Positions 49,923 through 63,070 are shown, counted from the first letter of the stretch. The stretch is 64,000 nucleotides of DNA from Vicugna vicugna (GCA_013265495.1 MU057701.1:434001-498000); one strand, 5' to 3'. The notes: generated by a model from the letters alone, not told the origin. Program-made: numbers and translations.

Positions 49923-50495
49923 CAGCCCCTCTCCCTCAGTTGGGTGGGCAGGGGATTGTCTGTTGAGGTGGAGGGGCTGATAAAGACCCGTGGAAGGAAA
50001 GCCCCTGCCTGTCCCCGTGAGGTTCGGACAGTGAGTCAGGCTCTCTGATTCCCGCCTTGGGAGGTGGGGAGGAGGACAACCACTCCAACCCTCTTCTTGG
50101 GTCTCGCCTTGTAGATGAGACCAATCATGTGGATGCTGGGAAAGAGGGAGAGAGACCCATCCTTTGGCCTCCTTCCCTCCTCATTCTCCCACTCCGCTCC
50201 TTCCAGTCCTGTCACCACAAGGGCTTAGCCCCTGCCTCTCCTGCAGCCCCAGTTCATTCCTGGGGCTGCGATGCACAGGACTGGCACCAAGACCCTGGGC
50301 AACTCTCAACTGCTCATACCTCGGCCACTGGCGTCCACAAAAAAGGAGGCAACTGTTTCCTGTTGCTGTCTGAGAGGTTGAGCCTCCCCAGCACATGCCC
50401 AAATTTTCCTTTGAAGAACAGGAGAGGGGAGGGGTAGGAATTTCAGACCTTCCTTACAGTGATTGTGGGGGAATGGGCTAGGACCCGTGAGCAGA

Positions 50496-50511
50496 GCTGC
50501 CCCCTAGTGGC
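50496..50511 (-). promoter_or_regulatory. Strong CTCF consensus motif
   Basis: Minus strand GCCACTAGGGGGCAGC closely matches the CTCF core CCASYAGRKGGCRS and sits in unique sequence. Confidence 0.65.
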
Positions 50512-50880
50512 TTCCAAGGACCAGGCCAGCTTCTCTAGGAAAATTTAAAAGAAATCAAATGATGGAGGGGGTGCCTATTTCCCCCGCTTTTGCTCTTTCC
50601 CCCTATTCCTCTAAGGAAGAGAGAAAGGAGACCAGAAAAGAGCAAAAGAAGCAAGATGGGAGTGGTGTCGGAGGGACGTAGGGAATTTTCAACCTGTTTA
50701 ATAAACGTGAGGCAAAGCTAAATACTCCCCTAAAAGAACCGTAAGATTGCTTGCTCTTTGACGCCTCAAGTTTGGCCCTTTTTATCAGATTAGCTAGAAA
50801 TCCATCCTAGTAACTGTACCAAATATTTTACTAGGACAGATAAACTTATTTAATTTTTATATAAACTCTAGACAGAGGTA

Positions 50881-50901
50881 TTGTTGTTGTTGTTGTTGTT
50901 G

Positions 50902-50936
<35 letters not shown>
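50881..50936. repeat. Compound (GTT)n(ATT)n microsatellite adjoining an antisense MIR remnant (~50937-51050)
   Basis: Directly visible trinucleotide runs. Confidence 0.9.
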
Positions 50937-50937
<1 letters not shown>

Positions 50938-51429
50938 CCATACAAGTAGGGAACTGGAGTACAAAGAGGTGAATTGAGTTACTCAGGGGCACACAGCTAT
51001 TGATTAAGGGAGTCTGAAGTGGGGAATCTGCGTCCAGGCTCCAGCAATAGGACAGATTAACCCCCCTGCTGAGCCAGTCAGCCTCGGGGTTAAGGGTTCT
51101 TAGGACACTCCTGTCCACAGGATTCACCATACATTTCCTCCCTGATGTCTCGGGTCCCTCCTCCAAGCTCTGACCATTAGATACAGAGGGGAGGCACAAG
51201 ATGATGTTTGCTTCTCGCAACCTAATAAGCTCTTTGTGACCCTAACTCTTTGGGCAAAAGCATAACAATTGTAAATGTAGTGAATGAAAGGGAGACCAGG
51301 AAAATGTATCTCTTAATGGGCAGAAAAGCCAGTTATTTCCAAAGATTGCAAACCATCCTCTGATCTCCTTGGTCCCAACTCATTTAAAACAGCCTGCCAA
51401 AGGGAAGTAGCCAGCCCAGAAGGCTACCA

Positions 51430-52320
51430 TCCACCATTCATTAATTCCACAAATATGTATTTTGTATTTAACAAATAAGAGTTCCTGTTGTATTCCAGGC
51501 ACTATTCTAGAGAGGGAGACAGTCAGTACTTAAACAAAGAATAAAAAGGAAGAAAATAAATAATGAGATAATTTCAGACAATGATAAGTGACGTGGCTAA
51601 AATAAAGCTGGGTGATGGGAGAGAGAGGATCTTAGGACCAGGACCATCTCAACCAGAGAGGTCAGGGAAGTCCTCTTGGAGAAATGATATTCAAGCAGAG
51701 ACCCAAGTGAGAAGAAAGAGTCCAAGAAAAGAAACCAACTATGTCAAGATCTGGGAAAGAGTATTTTAGGAAGAGAGAGATTAGCATGTGAAGATGCTGA
51801 CCTAAGACGAATCAACATCTCCGAGATATCCAAGGGGAAATGAGTTGATAGTTGGAGTCTGAGGTTCAGGGGAGAAAGGCAAGGGTAGCAGATAGTGACT
51901 TGAAGGTCATCAGGCTAGACACGTATCTGAAGCCCTGGGATTGGATAAGATTATCTGGGGAGAGCATGGATGGAAATGGGAAGACAGCAGGGGAGAGACC
52001 CCAGACCCTCCATTAACAGCCAGCAGTCTGGCAACATTGATGAAGAAACAGCCACTGAGGTAGGGTGTGATGGTAACTCTAGCATAGAAGCCTGAAGAAG
52101 AAAATGTTTCAATGAGGCACTGGTTAATGGAGCCAAATGCTGCTGACAGACCAAGTAAGATGGCAATGGGACAGCTGATCATTGGGACACCTGCTCATTG
52201 GATGTGAAATGATGGAGTACATTGATGTCCTCAAAAGGGCCCCTTCAAAAGGATGGTAGAGATGAAGGACAGATCTAAGGGCACAGAGGAGAGAAGAGAG
52301 GGGAGGAGGCAGACACAGTG
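51430..52320 (-). mobile_element. L2 fragment (antisense)
   Basis: ccattcattaattc...ccaggcactattctag...gagtctgaggttcaggggaga...ccaaatgctgctgacagaccaagtaagatg. Confidence 0.75.
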
Positions 52321-52526
52321 AGTAAGTAAGGCTACAGGAAATGTGTGTGTTAAAGTCTCTGACCCATCATACTCTTACACCCCCCTTATCCAGAAGAGGA
52401 GGGAGCAGGTCTCTGTTTGCTGTCTACCATCCCTACAATCCCAGTATTTTGTTGCAGCTTTGATCACTAGGAAGATTTACAGATGGCTTAATTTAAAGTC
52501 AGTAGAGTCATGTGGAAAATACCAAC

Positions 52527-53080
52527 TGTCTTAGCCTGGATTCCCCAGAAAACACAGCCTAGGAGGCATAAGCTTATGTGCTCCGAATGTATTAGGGCAT
52601 ACGACTTCAGGGAGCAGGAGTGAGGCAGGGACCTGGGGAGGGAGGCCCAGGAGAAGAGAGAGTTACTAACGGGGGGAAGATGCATTATTCAACCTGCTGT
52701 TTCTCAGTGTGGTTGACTGCTCAGTCCTAGGGGACTGTCCTCCAAGAAGTCATGTGACCTGCATCTTAGGACATTGTGTCCAAGGGCGCAGAAGCAACCT
52801 TCCAACCCCCTTCTCTGACTGGCAGAGAGTCACCTCATGGGTTGTTAAGTCCCCCTCCCTTTTGGTAACACAGAGTTGTGTGGGCGCCAAGCTGGGGTCC
52901 TGCTAGGTCAGCAGGGAAGTCCTAGGGCAGGAGGAGAGAATGGCGGAGCAGACCCAGGATATGGTGTGGCCACACCAGTTTGAAATCATTTGTGTCTACA
53001 CAGAAATGACCACGCCTTTGTGGCTGGACAAGTGACAGATGAGGACAAGATCTCAAGTGGTGCATGAGAGCTATCTGATA
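52527..53080 (-). mobile_element. ERVL-class LTR (LTR33-like)
   Basis: Starts tgtcttagcctggattccccagaaaacacagcct, the reverse complement of a typical ERVL LTR 3' end. Confidence 0.6.
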
Positions 53081-53099
53081 GGTCATTTGAATAATAATT

Positions 53100-54060
53100 C
53101 AAATGTGACTGTAAGAATATAAGAAGCAAAACATCAGTGAGGACAACCAAGGCAGATGTTCTAGAATGTTTACAGCAGCAGTGTCTGCAATAGGGAGGAA
53201 AAAATCAAGAACAAAAACTAGGAACAACTATTCAAACAAAATGGAAACTGGTTAATAAATGATGATATTCAATACAATAAAAATCTATGGCTTCATTAAA
53301 AAGAAGGATGATGGGGACAGTGGGCAGAGACAAGAAGGAAGGATTATAAGGGACACCAGGAAAGTTTGGGAGGTGACAGATATGTTCACTATTTGCTATT
53401 GGTGAGAGTTGCTGTGGGTATACAGATCCTAAAATAGCGTTACACACTTGAAATTTCCTAAGAGAGTAGATATTAAATGTTTTCACCATATGTACACACA
53501 ACGTAACAATGTGAGGTTTGTGAGGTGATGGAAATGTTAGTTAGCTTGACTGTGGTCATCACTTCACAATGTGTATATATATATATATATATTCAAACAT
53601 TATATTGTACACTTTAAATACATATAGTTTTTTTTAAGGGTATAATCTGGTGTTTACTCACATCAGAGATTTAACATGGGGTTCCCATTCCAGTCCAGTT
53701 TCCAGAACACAGCCCTGCAACCATCTCCTAAAGAGGACGCTTTCAGAAGAATATATATAGTTTTTATTTGTCAATCATAGGTCAGTAAAGCTGGGGGTAA
53801 AATGGAAAAAATAATTAAATAACTTAAAAATTAAAAATGAAAAAATCTGGAAACAATCATTCAGTTAGTGGGGACTGGTTGATAAATGATGCTATTTAAT
53901 ACATTGAAAATCAACACACCCATGAAAAAGAGGAGGTAGGGCTGTACAAGGAGATACGGAAACATTCCCAAGACATATTAAATGAAGAAAGCAAAGCACA
54001 GAGCAGAGTGTCTGCATGGTCTGTCTTGTGTACATTTTTGGACAGATTTTACATATGTTA
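53100..54060 (+). mobile_element. Old L1 3' fragments plus an L1MA-like tail (~53420-53810)
   Basis: gaatgtttacagcagc, agagagtagatattaaatgttttcacca, gttagttagcttgactgtggtcatcacttcacaatg. Confidence 0.7.
53633..53749 (-). pseudogene. Short retroposed copy of an unidentified polyadenylated RNA 3' end
   Basis: 16-bp TSD aata(c/t)atatagttttt (53617-53632, 53750-53765), a minus-strand poly(A), and AGTAAA ~17 nt upstream of it. Confidence 0.6.
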
Positions 54061-55143
54061 AGTATGTTAGGGTGTTTGGGACTGCCAAATAACAGGAAAC
54101 TAAGACTCTAAATGGCTTAAACAATAACATTGTCTTATGCCTTATAGTTTATAAGACCAAAAGTGAAGTGGGTTTCAAGGTGTAATCACTCCGGATGTAA
54201 TAAACTCTCTGCTCCGCAAGGGAGTCCTGCCTCCTTTCTCTCCAACCTCCCACAACGTCTGCCTCCCTGAGTAAACTGCTTATTCCTCACACAACCCAGG
54301 AGTAGAGGAGGCAGCATCCTGATAACTTCCCCTCTCGACTCACACGATGTAGCCCTTTGGGAAAGGGAGATGGGTCACGAAACACAAAGTCTTCTGGGAA
54401 TGGAAGAAGGAAAATATCTGGCTTGTTGGGTGTTGAGTCTCCCCTAGCAGTGGGGACACAGCAGAAACAGCTCAATAAATTACCTCCACATCATTCAGTG
54501 GGGGAGAAAGCCCCAGAGTCCCGGTTCTCTGTACAGGTTCTTTCCTGGGTGGATCGATGCATAATTACATGACATAACACATGTCATGATGATACCATCT
54601 CAAAAGACATGGCACCCAGTGCAACGCTACCAATATGCAGTGTAACGACTATGACTAATAAAGAGTTTGAAAATGTTTTTGACAGAAAGAGCACTAGAAT
54701 GTAATATTGGACACTGTTTTCCTCAGCAGAAAACTCTGCCGTAAACATTCACAAATAGCGTGGGAAGTTAAAAGCCAGGAAGGAAGTGAGTGATAGTCAT
54801 CTCAGAGGAAGGAGCGTAACTTCCTCACTAGGGCATAATAAGCGTTCTAGGGACACCTGTATCCCATCCAACTCTTACCTGACAACTGAGTATACTTAGA
54901 GTGATTTCAAGTAGTGACTATTTGCCTAAATCTATCCCCAAGCATTCAATAGTCATTGGAGTTTAGTAGACTTATTTCGATAATACAGTATATCTCAAAA
55001 TCCAGAGACGTACATAAATGATTAAACATTTGATTTCAAGATCTGAAAAAAAATACTTCAGGCCAAATACGACGTTGTGAAAGTTCAGATAAGAAAAGGA
55101 CTCCCTTCTCTCTTTGTCCAGGGAGAATACAAAAACCGCCTTT

Positions 55144-55300
55144 AAAAAAAAAATTAATTTGGGGTGGAGGAAGGGGGAGCTCAGTAGGCCTATCTATTTA
55201 TTATTAGTTTTTTTTTTTTTGATGGGGGTACTGGGGATTGAACCCAGGACCTCACATATGCTAAGCATGCACTCTACCACTTGAGCTATACCATCCCCTC
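55144..55300 (-). mobile_element. Vic-1-like SINE
   Basis: Reverse-complement head. TSD acaaaaaccgccttt / acaaaaacctgtcttt. Confidence 0.9.
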
Positions 55301-56074
55301 ACAAAAACCTGTCTTTCAAGAAGGACTTCACCAAATCACATTTGTTACCTTGGTGAATTTTCTACAGGCCAAGTCTGACTTCTGGGCTTATAGGCACAGA
55401 AGCCCAGTGTTTCCAGCTTACAGAGCAGTTTCCTTTTTCAGAGATATATACTATCCATCCATTGCAATACTGGTGTGTAACACCAGAGTGACCATTTACT
55501 CATCATTAGTGAGAAATTTGTCAGCCACATGATCACGCAATCAACCCTTCCTCTGCTGGTAGGCAGACACAGATGATGTCAGAAAAAGTAGTATGTATGT
55601 ATCTCTGTATGCGTCTATGTATATACATATTATTTCTCATTTGAATTTTATATTATTTTATTAAAATATAATCACATAAAATGTACCATTTTAATCACTT
55701 TCAAGTATAGAAAGAAGTATTTTAAACTTGGGAATTAAAAGATATTGCTGGGTTTTCTCTCAGTACAGCGCTGATCCTGACTTTCCACTGTCTGGGCTAT
55801 TTTAAAATTCTGCAGGAGCAGAGATTAATTTATAGGTTTGTAGTGATGTAAATAATACCTGTCTGGGAAAATAGATAACATCGAGACATTACAGTGCATG
55901 GCCTTTTGGATGTTAACAAATTCTGTATTTAACTAGAAGTTTTATTCTTATATAAATACCCTTTTGAGCTGGTTTTAACCTCTTATTGGGTTCCCTTATT
56001 AATTAATTATAAGTTGAATGAAATCTTTGATATGTGTATTTTATATTAGCATGAGTCATGATCTTACCTTCTTA

Positions 56075-56680
56075 AAAAAAACTAAGGTGAAATTCACATA
56101 ACATAAAATTAACCACTTGAAAGTGAAAAATTCAGTGGAAAATAGTACATTCACAATGTTGTACAACCATATCCAGTTCCAAAACATTTTTATCACCTCA
56201 AAATAAAATTCTTTATCCACTAAACAGTTACTTTCATTCTCTTCTCCTCCCAGTCCCCGGCAGGCACCAATCTGCTTTTCCTCTTGGATTCACCTATTCT
56301 GGATAGTTTATATAAATGGAATCATACCATACGTAATCTTTTGTGTCTGACTTCTTTTCACTTGGCATGTGTCAAGGTTCAGCCTCACTGTAGCATGTAT
56401 CGGCATTCCTGATTTTCCTTTTCATGGCTAAATAATATTCTATCATATAAGTATAGCACCATTTATTTATCCTTTCATCCTCCAATGGCTGTTTTGGAAA
56501 GTGCTGCTATGAACATTTATGTACAAGCATTTGTTTGAAAACGATTTCCAGTTGTCTGGGGTGTATGCTTGGGAGTGGAATTGCTGGGTCAAATGGTAAT
56601 TCTAATGGTTACGTTTCTGAGGATCCACTAAACTGTCTTCCACATGACTGAACCATTTTGCATTCAATTTTATCTTTTTG
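56075..56680 (-). mobile_element. L1MB-like 3' end (antisense)
   Basis: gtgaaattcacataacataaaattaacca...tatataaatggaatcatac...gagtggaattgctgggtc. Confidence 0.85.
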
Positions 56681-58564
56681 AAAATAATACGTGATACTCA
56701 GTAATACCTCACAAGTTATCATGAACTTTATGATAAATTCAGTCACCATCCTAAGTTTGCTTATTGATCATTGAGTCTGAACAGGTGAGCTCGTTACATG
56801 ATTTTAGGCTATTTTGCACACTGTTTCAGTTCCTTGAGAGAACTGTTGCCATCAAGGGGATCATGGGTTTGGGGCTGTAATTCCTGTACCCATTTCCATG
56901 TCTAGGATGGCCCTGTCTAAAATAAAAGTCCAGAAAACTTGGATTTGGTGAGCTGAGGATCTCTCTCTGACACACACCAGTGTGTACTTCTGTGATTCTA
57001 ATTTTTCTTTAGCTAATTCCTTAATTGACTTTGTGTATATATATATATATTTTTATATGTATATTATTTATATATGTATATGTATTTTATATATTTATAT
57101 ATAAAAGCTAGTCAAATTATCTGTTTATTCTTCATAGTTCACACATTTTGTATCCAAATGCTAGGCACTATTCCAGATGTTAAGCATTTAGTTGTCAACT
57201 AGTTATAAAAGTTGGTCTCTAGACGTTTACCTTCTTGTAGTCAGATTTAGCCAGCCAGGAAGCCATCTGCTTTGGTGCAGGATATATAGCTATTAAAATC
57301 TAAATCTCAGAGGAAGAATTTATTTCCAAACACTTACTATAATTCCTAAGCACTGACAGCAGAAGAAAATTACATTATCCTTCTCTTTCAAGGTTTGCAT
57401 TCTAAAAGGTGAAGGAGATGTGGTCTTACACAGCGTTTTCATTAAGTGGGAACACTGTGAATAAAATACCTGCCTGGCATTCTACATGCAGTGGAAATCA
57501 ATGTGGAAGCACCGGGAAACCGGCTGTTTAGTATTCTGGACGGAGGCATTACATTGTGCATTCAGCAGAAGCAGACATGATATGCATTTTAAGAAATGTC
57601 TGTTCTCTCCCAGCATTGTCTTTGCTCTTTCTTGAAGGTTAGTTAGCTCTTTTAAACTTAGCTAATTCTTTAAATCCTCAAAAATTTTACATGAATACAA
57701 TGCTAAAATCTTGATCAAGCAAGATGGGTTTGCATTGTATTGTTTTAACTTTTCTCCTTTTGGCATTTTCAAGTGACATTTAAGCTTTAAAAACAGAAAC
57801 AAAAACAAACACTATGAAACCAGAAAGTTCTCTTTCCCAGTTCAAGAAAAAAGTCCAAAGTTCAAATTAAGATACGAAATTAAATAGGGTACTAAGTTTG
57901 GTAATACTAGATTTCTTAAAGACGAAGATGACTTTTACTGCACAGTTGGTACTCATTACGTCTTAAACACTAAGGCTGTATATATGGCAATACAGAAAAA
58001 TTAAGAAAAGGTGTGTCTGTGACACTTTCTTCCTTGTAGATAAAGCTTCTCCTGTTGAGAACATTATTTCTACAGCCTAAAGTTTCTGAAAACTTAGCCC
58101 AGATATTTTGTGTGTGAATGTGTAAATTATGTTTATCCAGCTATTTTTATGATTCATACTGTATAATCCTTTATTTTGTCCCAATGATGCCAAATGTGCT
58201 TTAGATTTTTTGATTCTAACAACGTAAAATGTCCTTAATGGGTTTCAGATACAAGACTATCTATCATGAAGATAGGAGTGCCTTACTTACTGCTAACTGT
58301 TCTACTGGGACTTGATGCAGTGGTACACGTTCAACACAGCCGACACTTGGTCTGATAATTCTGCTCACAAGTGGTTCCTATTCCATTGATTCTGGACCCC
58401 CTTGAATGGGGTTCAAGAGAACAGGCATTCTTGTGGAATTTGTCTGCATGATTAGTAGGATAAGATTGAAAATAGTAACAGCTTTACCAGGAATTGGTCC
58501 CTCTCTGGTCTACCACATCATTCCTTTGTATGTAAACATCCTTCTGGCTTTAAAAGCTGACGTG

Positions 58565-59410
58565 TGTATCAGAGAAATGTAAATCAAAACTATAATGAGC
58601 TATCATTTCACACAATGTCGGAATGGCCATCATTAAAGTCCACAAACATAAATGCTGGAGGGGGTGTAGAGAAAAGGGAACCCTCCCACACTGCTGGTGG
58701 GAATGTAGTTTGGTGCAGCCATTATGAAAGAGCATGGAGATTCCTTAACAAACTGAAAATAGACTTACCATATGACCCAGCAATCCCATTTCTGGGCATA
58801 TATCCAGAGGAAACTCGAATTCAAAAAGATACATGCACCCAAATATTCATAGCAGCACCATGTACAGTAGCCAAGATATGTAAACAACCTAAATATCCAC
58901 TGACAGATGACTGGATAAAGAAAATGTGGTATGTATACACAATGGAATACTACTCAGCCATAAAAAATGAAATAATGTCATTTGCAGCAACATGGATGGA
59001 CCTGGAGATCATTCTAAGTGAAGTAAGCCAGAAAGAGAAAGAAAGATACTGTATGGTATCACTTATATGTGGAATCTTAAAAAAAAAAAAAAAAAAAAAA
59101 CACAAATGAACTTACTTACAAAACAGAAACAGACTCACTGACATAGAAACAAAACTATGACTACCATATGTGGTGGGTGCGGTGGAGGAATAAATTGGGA
59201 GTTTAGGATTTGCAGATAATAACTACTATACATAAAATAGATTAACAACAAGGTCCTACTGTATAGCACAGGGAACTATATTCAATACCCTGTAATAGTC
59301 TATAATAAGAAAGAATATGAAAAGGAATATATCTATATCCATGTATATGAATCACTATGCTATACACCAGAAATTAACACACTGTAAACCAACTATACAT
59401 TAAAAAAAAA
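58565..59410 (+). mobile_element. Young 5'-truncated L1 (ORF2 C-terminus plus 3' UTR)
   Basis: ORF 58564-59109 encodes L1 ORF2 C-terminal motifs ([38 protein letters not shown]). Poly(A) tail and degenerate TSD aaaagctgacgt / aaaagcccacgt. Confidence 0.92.
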
Positions 59411-59499
59411 AAAAGCCCACGTATAAATTGAGTGAAAGGTACAAAGAACTTCTCTGCACAATCTTTACAACTTCCTCTGAATCGTTTATGTTTTTAACT

Positions 59500-59930
59500 C
59501 AATATTCAGATATCCCTAAAAGAACTGAAAACAGGACTTCAGAGAGTTGTAAACCCAAAGCTGAAAGGTAGAAACAACCCAAGTGACCGTCAACAGATGA
59601 AGAAAAAGATATGGTAGATCCACACAATGGAATGCTACTCAGCCATAAAAAGGAATGAAGTTCTGACACAGGATACATCATGGATGAATCTTGCAAACAT
59701 TATGCTAAGCAAAATAATCCAGGCACAAAATGGACAAACATTGTATGACTCCATATACATGAAATGTCTAGAGTAGGCAAATTCATAGAAACAGAAGGTA
59801 GATCAGAAGTTACCAGGGGATGGAGAACTACTAATGGTCACAGAGCTGCTGTTTGGGGTAAAGTTTTGGAAATAGCGGTGATGGTTGTACTATATTGTGA
59901 ATGTAATTAATGCCACTGAATTATATGTGT
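59500..59930 (+). mobile_element. L1MB-like 3' end
   Basis: aatggaatgctactcagccataaaaaggaatgaag...tgtgaatgtaattaatgccactgaatt. Confidence 0.82.
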
Positions 59931-60419
59931 ACAGGGTAATTAAAAGCTGGAAGTTGGAATCAAAACTAAATTCCAGCCAGATATAATGAAGAGTTTAAAA
60001 AAAAGATTAATTGGTTAAAAGTTTAACTCAAGTTTTTAGGATTCTACTATGTAACAAAATGATGGATACAAAGACTAACATGGTTCCCAATCTCACAGAG
60101 ACAAAAATAGCAAGGTGATGAAACATTTGCAATCTTCAAAGAGATGTCATTCAATTCTTTCAATATAGTAAATATTAAGCTCCAAGTAAGGGGCATTGCT
60201 TTATATCCATTCCAAAAGTGACATTTCTCTACATCTCAGGGGGCAGGATAAAACTAGACTTTCATAACACTCGACTCAAAGACAGCTGGCACTGGATAAG
60301 CATCACCCTGCAGCCCAGTCAAGCTTTACTGCTGTCCATGCTCTCAGCATTACTTACTCACAAAACTTATCTTCTAAAAACTCAACTTTTTTTTTCTAGC
60401 GTTTACTCCATTTTCAAGA

Positions 60420-60588
60420 AGTGGTTCTCATAGTCTGTAGATCAGCAGCACCCGCCGCGCCTGAGAACTTGTTAGACATTAAGATTCTTGGCTCTCCCTC
60501 CCCCAGAACTCAGGCGGTGGGGCCCAGCAATCCGTGGTGTAAGAAGCCCTGCAGGTGATTCTGATGTGCTGAGTCAGGGAACCATTGG
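60420..60588 (+). mobile_element. MER5A-like hAT-Charlie MITE
   Basis: agtggttctca...ggtggggcccagcaatc...caggtgattctgatg...gaaccattg. Confidence 0.78.
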
Positions 60589-60789
60589 TCAAAGCGTAAC
60601 AAGCCTGTCACCAACCCCTAATCAGAAAGAATTCAGGGGGAAAAGCTAGCCCTGCGGCTTTTGAAACAAACGTGCAAAATGTTTTCCCGCTGCTTGAAAA
60701 CAGGTTTAGGGAGGTAACGATTTTGAAAGAAAAATGAAAACTATCTATGGCTTTTTGTATAAACAGTAAAAGAACTGAAAAGAGAAGTG

Positions 60790-63070
60790 ATCTTTTAAAG
60801 TATGAGTTTATTCTCCAGATTTTCTTAAATACTCACAAATTAGTGCTTTTATTGCAGCTATATCCAGAACTGAAAACAATTTAAAATATGTATTTTTATC
60901 ATACATTTAACACTTAAAAGAGATAGAATGGAGCGGTATGAATTTTAGAGATGAGTTTCCCAATGATTCAATAGTAAGCATATGGAAATTGAAGACAATT
61001 ACAGAAATAGTGATTGAACTCCAGAGTAAGAACATAAATTATATAGAGATAAAAGGGTAGAAGGTATTTCATTAAAAAAACCAAAACCAACCAAACCAAC
61101 CAACCAAAAACACCCAGTGGCTCATGACCTCTCCTGCTGGTCAGTAACCTAATAAAAACAAGTCAAGTATTCTCTTCTCCATATTAAAACAAAGTGGTTC
61201 AATCTTTTTCATGAATGCCAGCTTTAGGTCTGAAACATGAGTCAGGATTTTAGGTTCTGAACATCTCAAATATTTTACTGCCTTAGGTTAATGAATTCTT
61301 CTTTGTTACACTAAGAAATTGGTAATGACTCTTAAGGTTGCTTGGACAGAAGAAACAAACAAAAATAATGAATGAGCAATTAATCAAGTGGGATTTGGTC
61401 ACTGGGACAGTTACAAATGGCACCAAATCAGAACAAACAAAAAGCTTAATTTGCAGATAAGCATGTTAAATAAAAAACAAAGAGGAGTATTTGAGATCTT
61501 TAGAGCAACATATTTCTAGAGCCAAACAGTCTAGATTTGGTAAGTTAATGACATTAATGAGAAGCTAGATTCAAATTAGTTCCAACTTGATTTACAAATT
61601 AACAATGCAAAATGACTTTATTTTCTATCCTTTTCATTCAAAAGAAAATTGAAACCATATTCTTACTGCTAGTGTGAATGTCTGATGTTTCTGAGCTTGC
61701 CATATTTTTGGTTAGTTTTTAAGATAAATGATAGCAGATGTTATTAATGTGACCAATATATTAAATTTCCAAAGAATAAAATGAGATTAATACTATGTTA
61801 TTATTTACAATGACTCAGCAAAATAGTAGAGTTCTCGCAATTGTCTCCAGCCCTGGGATCATGAAATAGGGCAGTTCAGTGACCATTAAATGGAAAATGA
61901 ATTATGAGAGCTTCTGTTTCCAGAATGCCTTTTCCCCTGTCTTGTCATTTGTATTTTTAAAAAAGTAGACCTCATACTTTCTTCATTTACACATCATTTT
62001 AAATAACCTAACATTGTTTCATTTTTCTGTTTTCTCTGAAATCAAGTTAAAAAAAACTTCTAAAATTTGCTCACATTAAGTGATCTCAGATGTACGACAG
62101 TAAAACTACTTTTAATTCTATTTTTAAAAATGTCAACTCTATACCATTTGCCAAGAGGGTGGCCTGAAGTCTCTCTTTTTTTTTTTTTTGAGTCATTTTT
62201 AAAGCATTTTAGGTTGTTATCCAGTGTGCATACAGTGGAAATAAAGCTCCTATAAGGAGAATGAATTTGGAGCATTAATGATGTAACTGGATGTGTAAGT
62301 TAAAGCCACAAAGGAGTCTTATAAAAATGACTTTGTGTGTTAAACTGTGTCAACACGTTGTCACTTGATTTAGTTCAAAAACTGGACAAGGCAGGGAAAA
62401 GGGGTAAAAACAAGCTACTGCGACTGAAACTAGTTTGACTCAAAAAAAAAAAAAGTTTATAGCCTACTGGGTAGCTCTGTACACATTTAATCTAGAGACT
62501 TTCTGCCACAATACTAAAATACAAATTCTTCACAAATCACAAAATGTTATCCCAAATGTTCTTATATGTTCTATATGTTGCTTTTTAAATTCTACTAAAT
62601 AATTGATAGCTTTACAACAAAATTTATTTTATTTAAAAAACAAATTGCTATCCCACAAAATGTCTAGAAACACAGGTAATCATAGAAAGTAAACATGTAT
62701 ATACTGCTTTTATTATTATAATTATGGTTGTTCACTGAATGAAAACAAATAATAGCTAAAAAGGTTTCAAATGATAGAAAAACACATTTAGGTAAGTTAT
62801 GACAATTTTTTGAGTAGCCAGACAATAGAAATGTATTGTATATTTTTGCACCAATTGCAAATGCAAAGTTAACAATGAAATCGGGGAACTGAAAAATCGA
62901 AGGGGCCTCAAACATATTCACTATCTTTTAAATTTTACACAAAAGAGCCGAGAATAGAAAAAAAACAAAAAACAAAAACCCAACATATACACCATAAAAG
63001 TCTTTTTTTTTGTTTTTAAATGACTGCCAATTTTATCTCTTTTCTAAAAGCATCAAGGGCACGAAGCCCC
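60790..63070 (-). other. PSMD12: PSMD12 3' UTR with several candidate poly(A) signals (distal end approximate)
   Basis: AT-rich, repeat-poor sequence directly after the stop codon. Minus-strand AATAAA occurs at 62709-62714, 62623-62633 (overlapping pair), 61617-61622, 60848-60853 and 60807-60812. Confidence 0.7.

Noticed and set aside
50846..51220. ORF with poly-Ile/poly-Thr run
   Set aside because: Translation of the (GTT)n(ATT)n microsatellite and a MIR remnant.
54280..55130. Unique sequence suspected to be a processed pseudogene
   Set aside because: The frames I inspected gave no recognisable protein, and no poly(A)/TSD pair was found.
58564..59109. 181-aa ORF as a host gene
   Set aside because: It is the L1 ORF2 C-terminus of a 5'-truncated insertion, running into an A tract.
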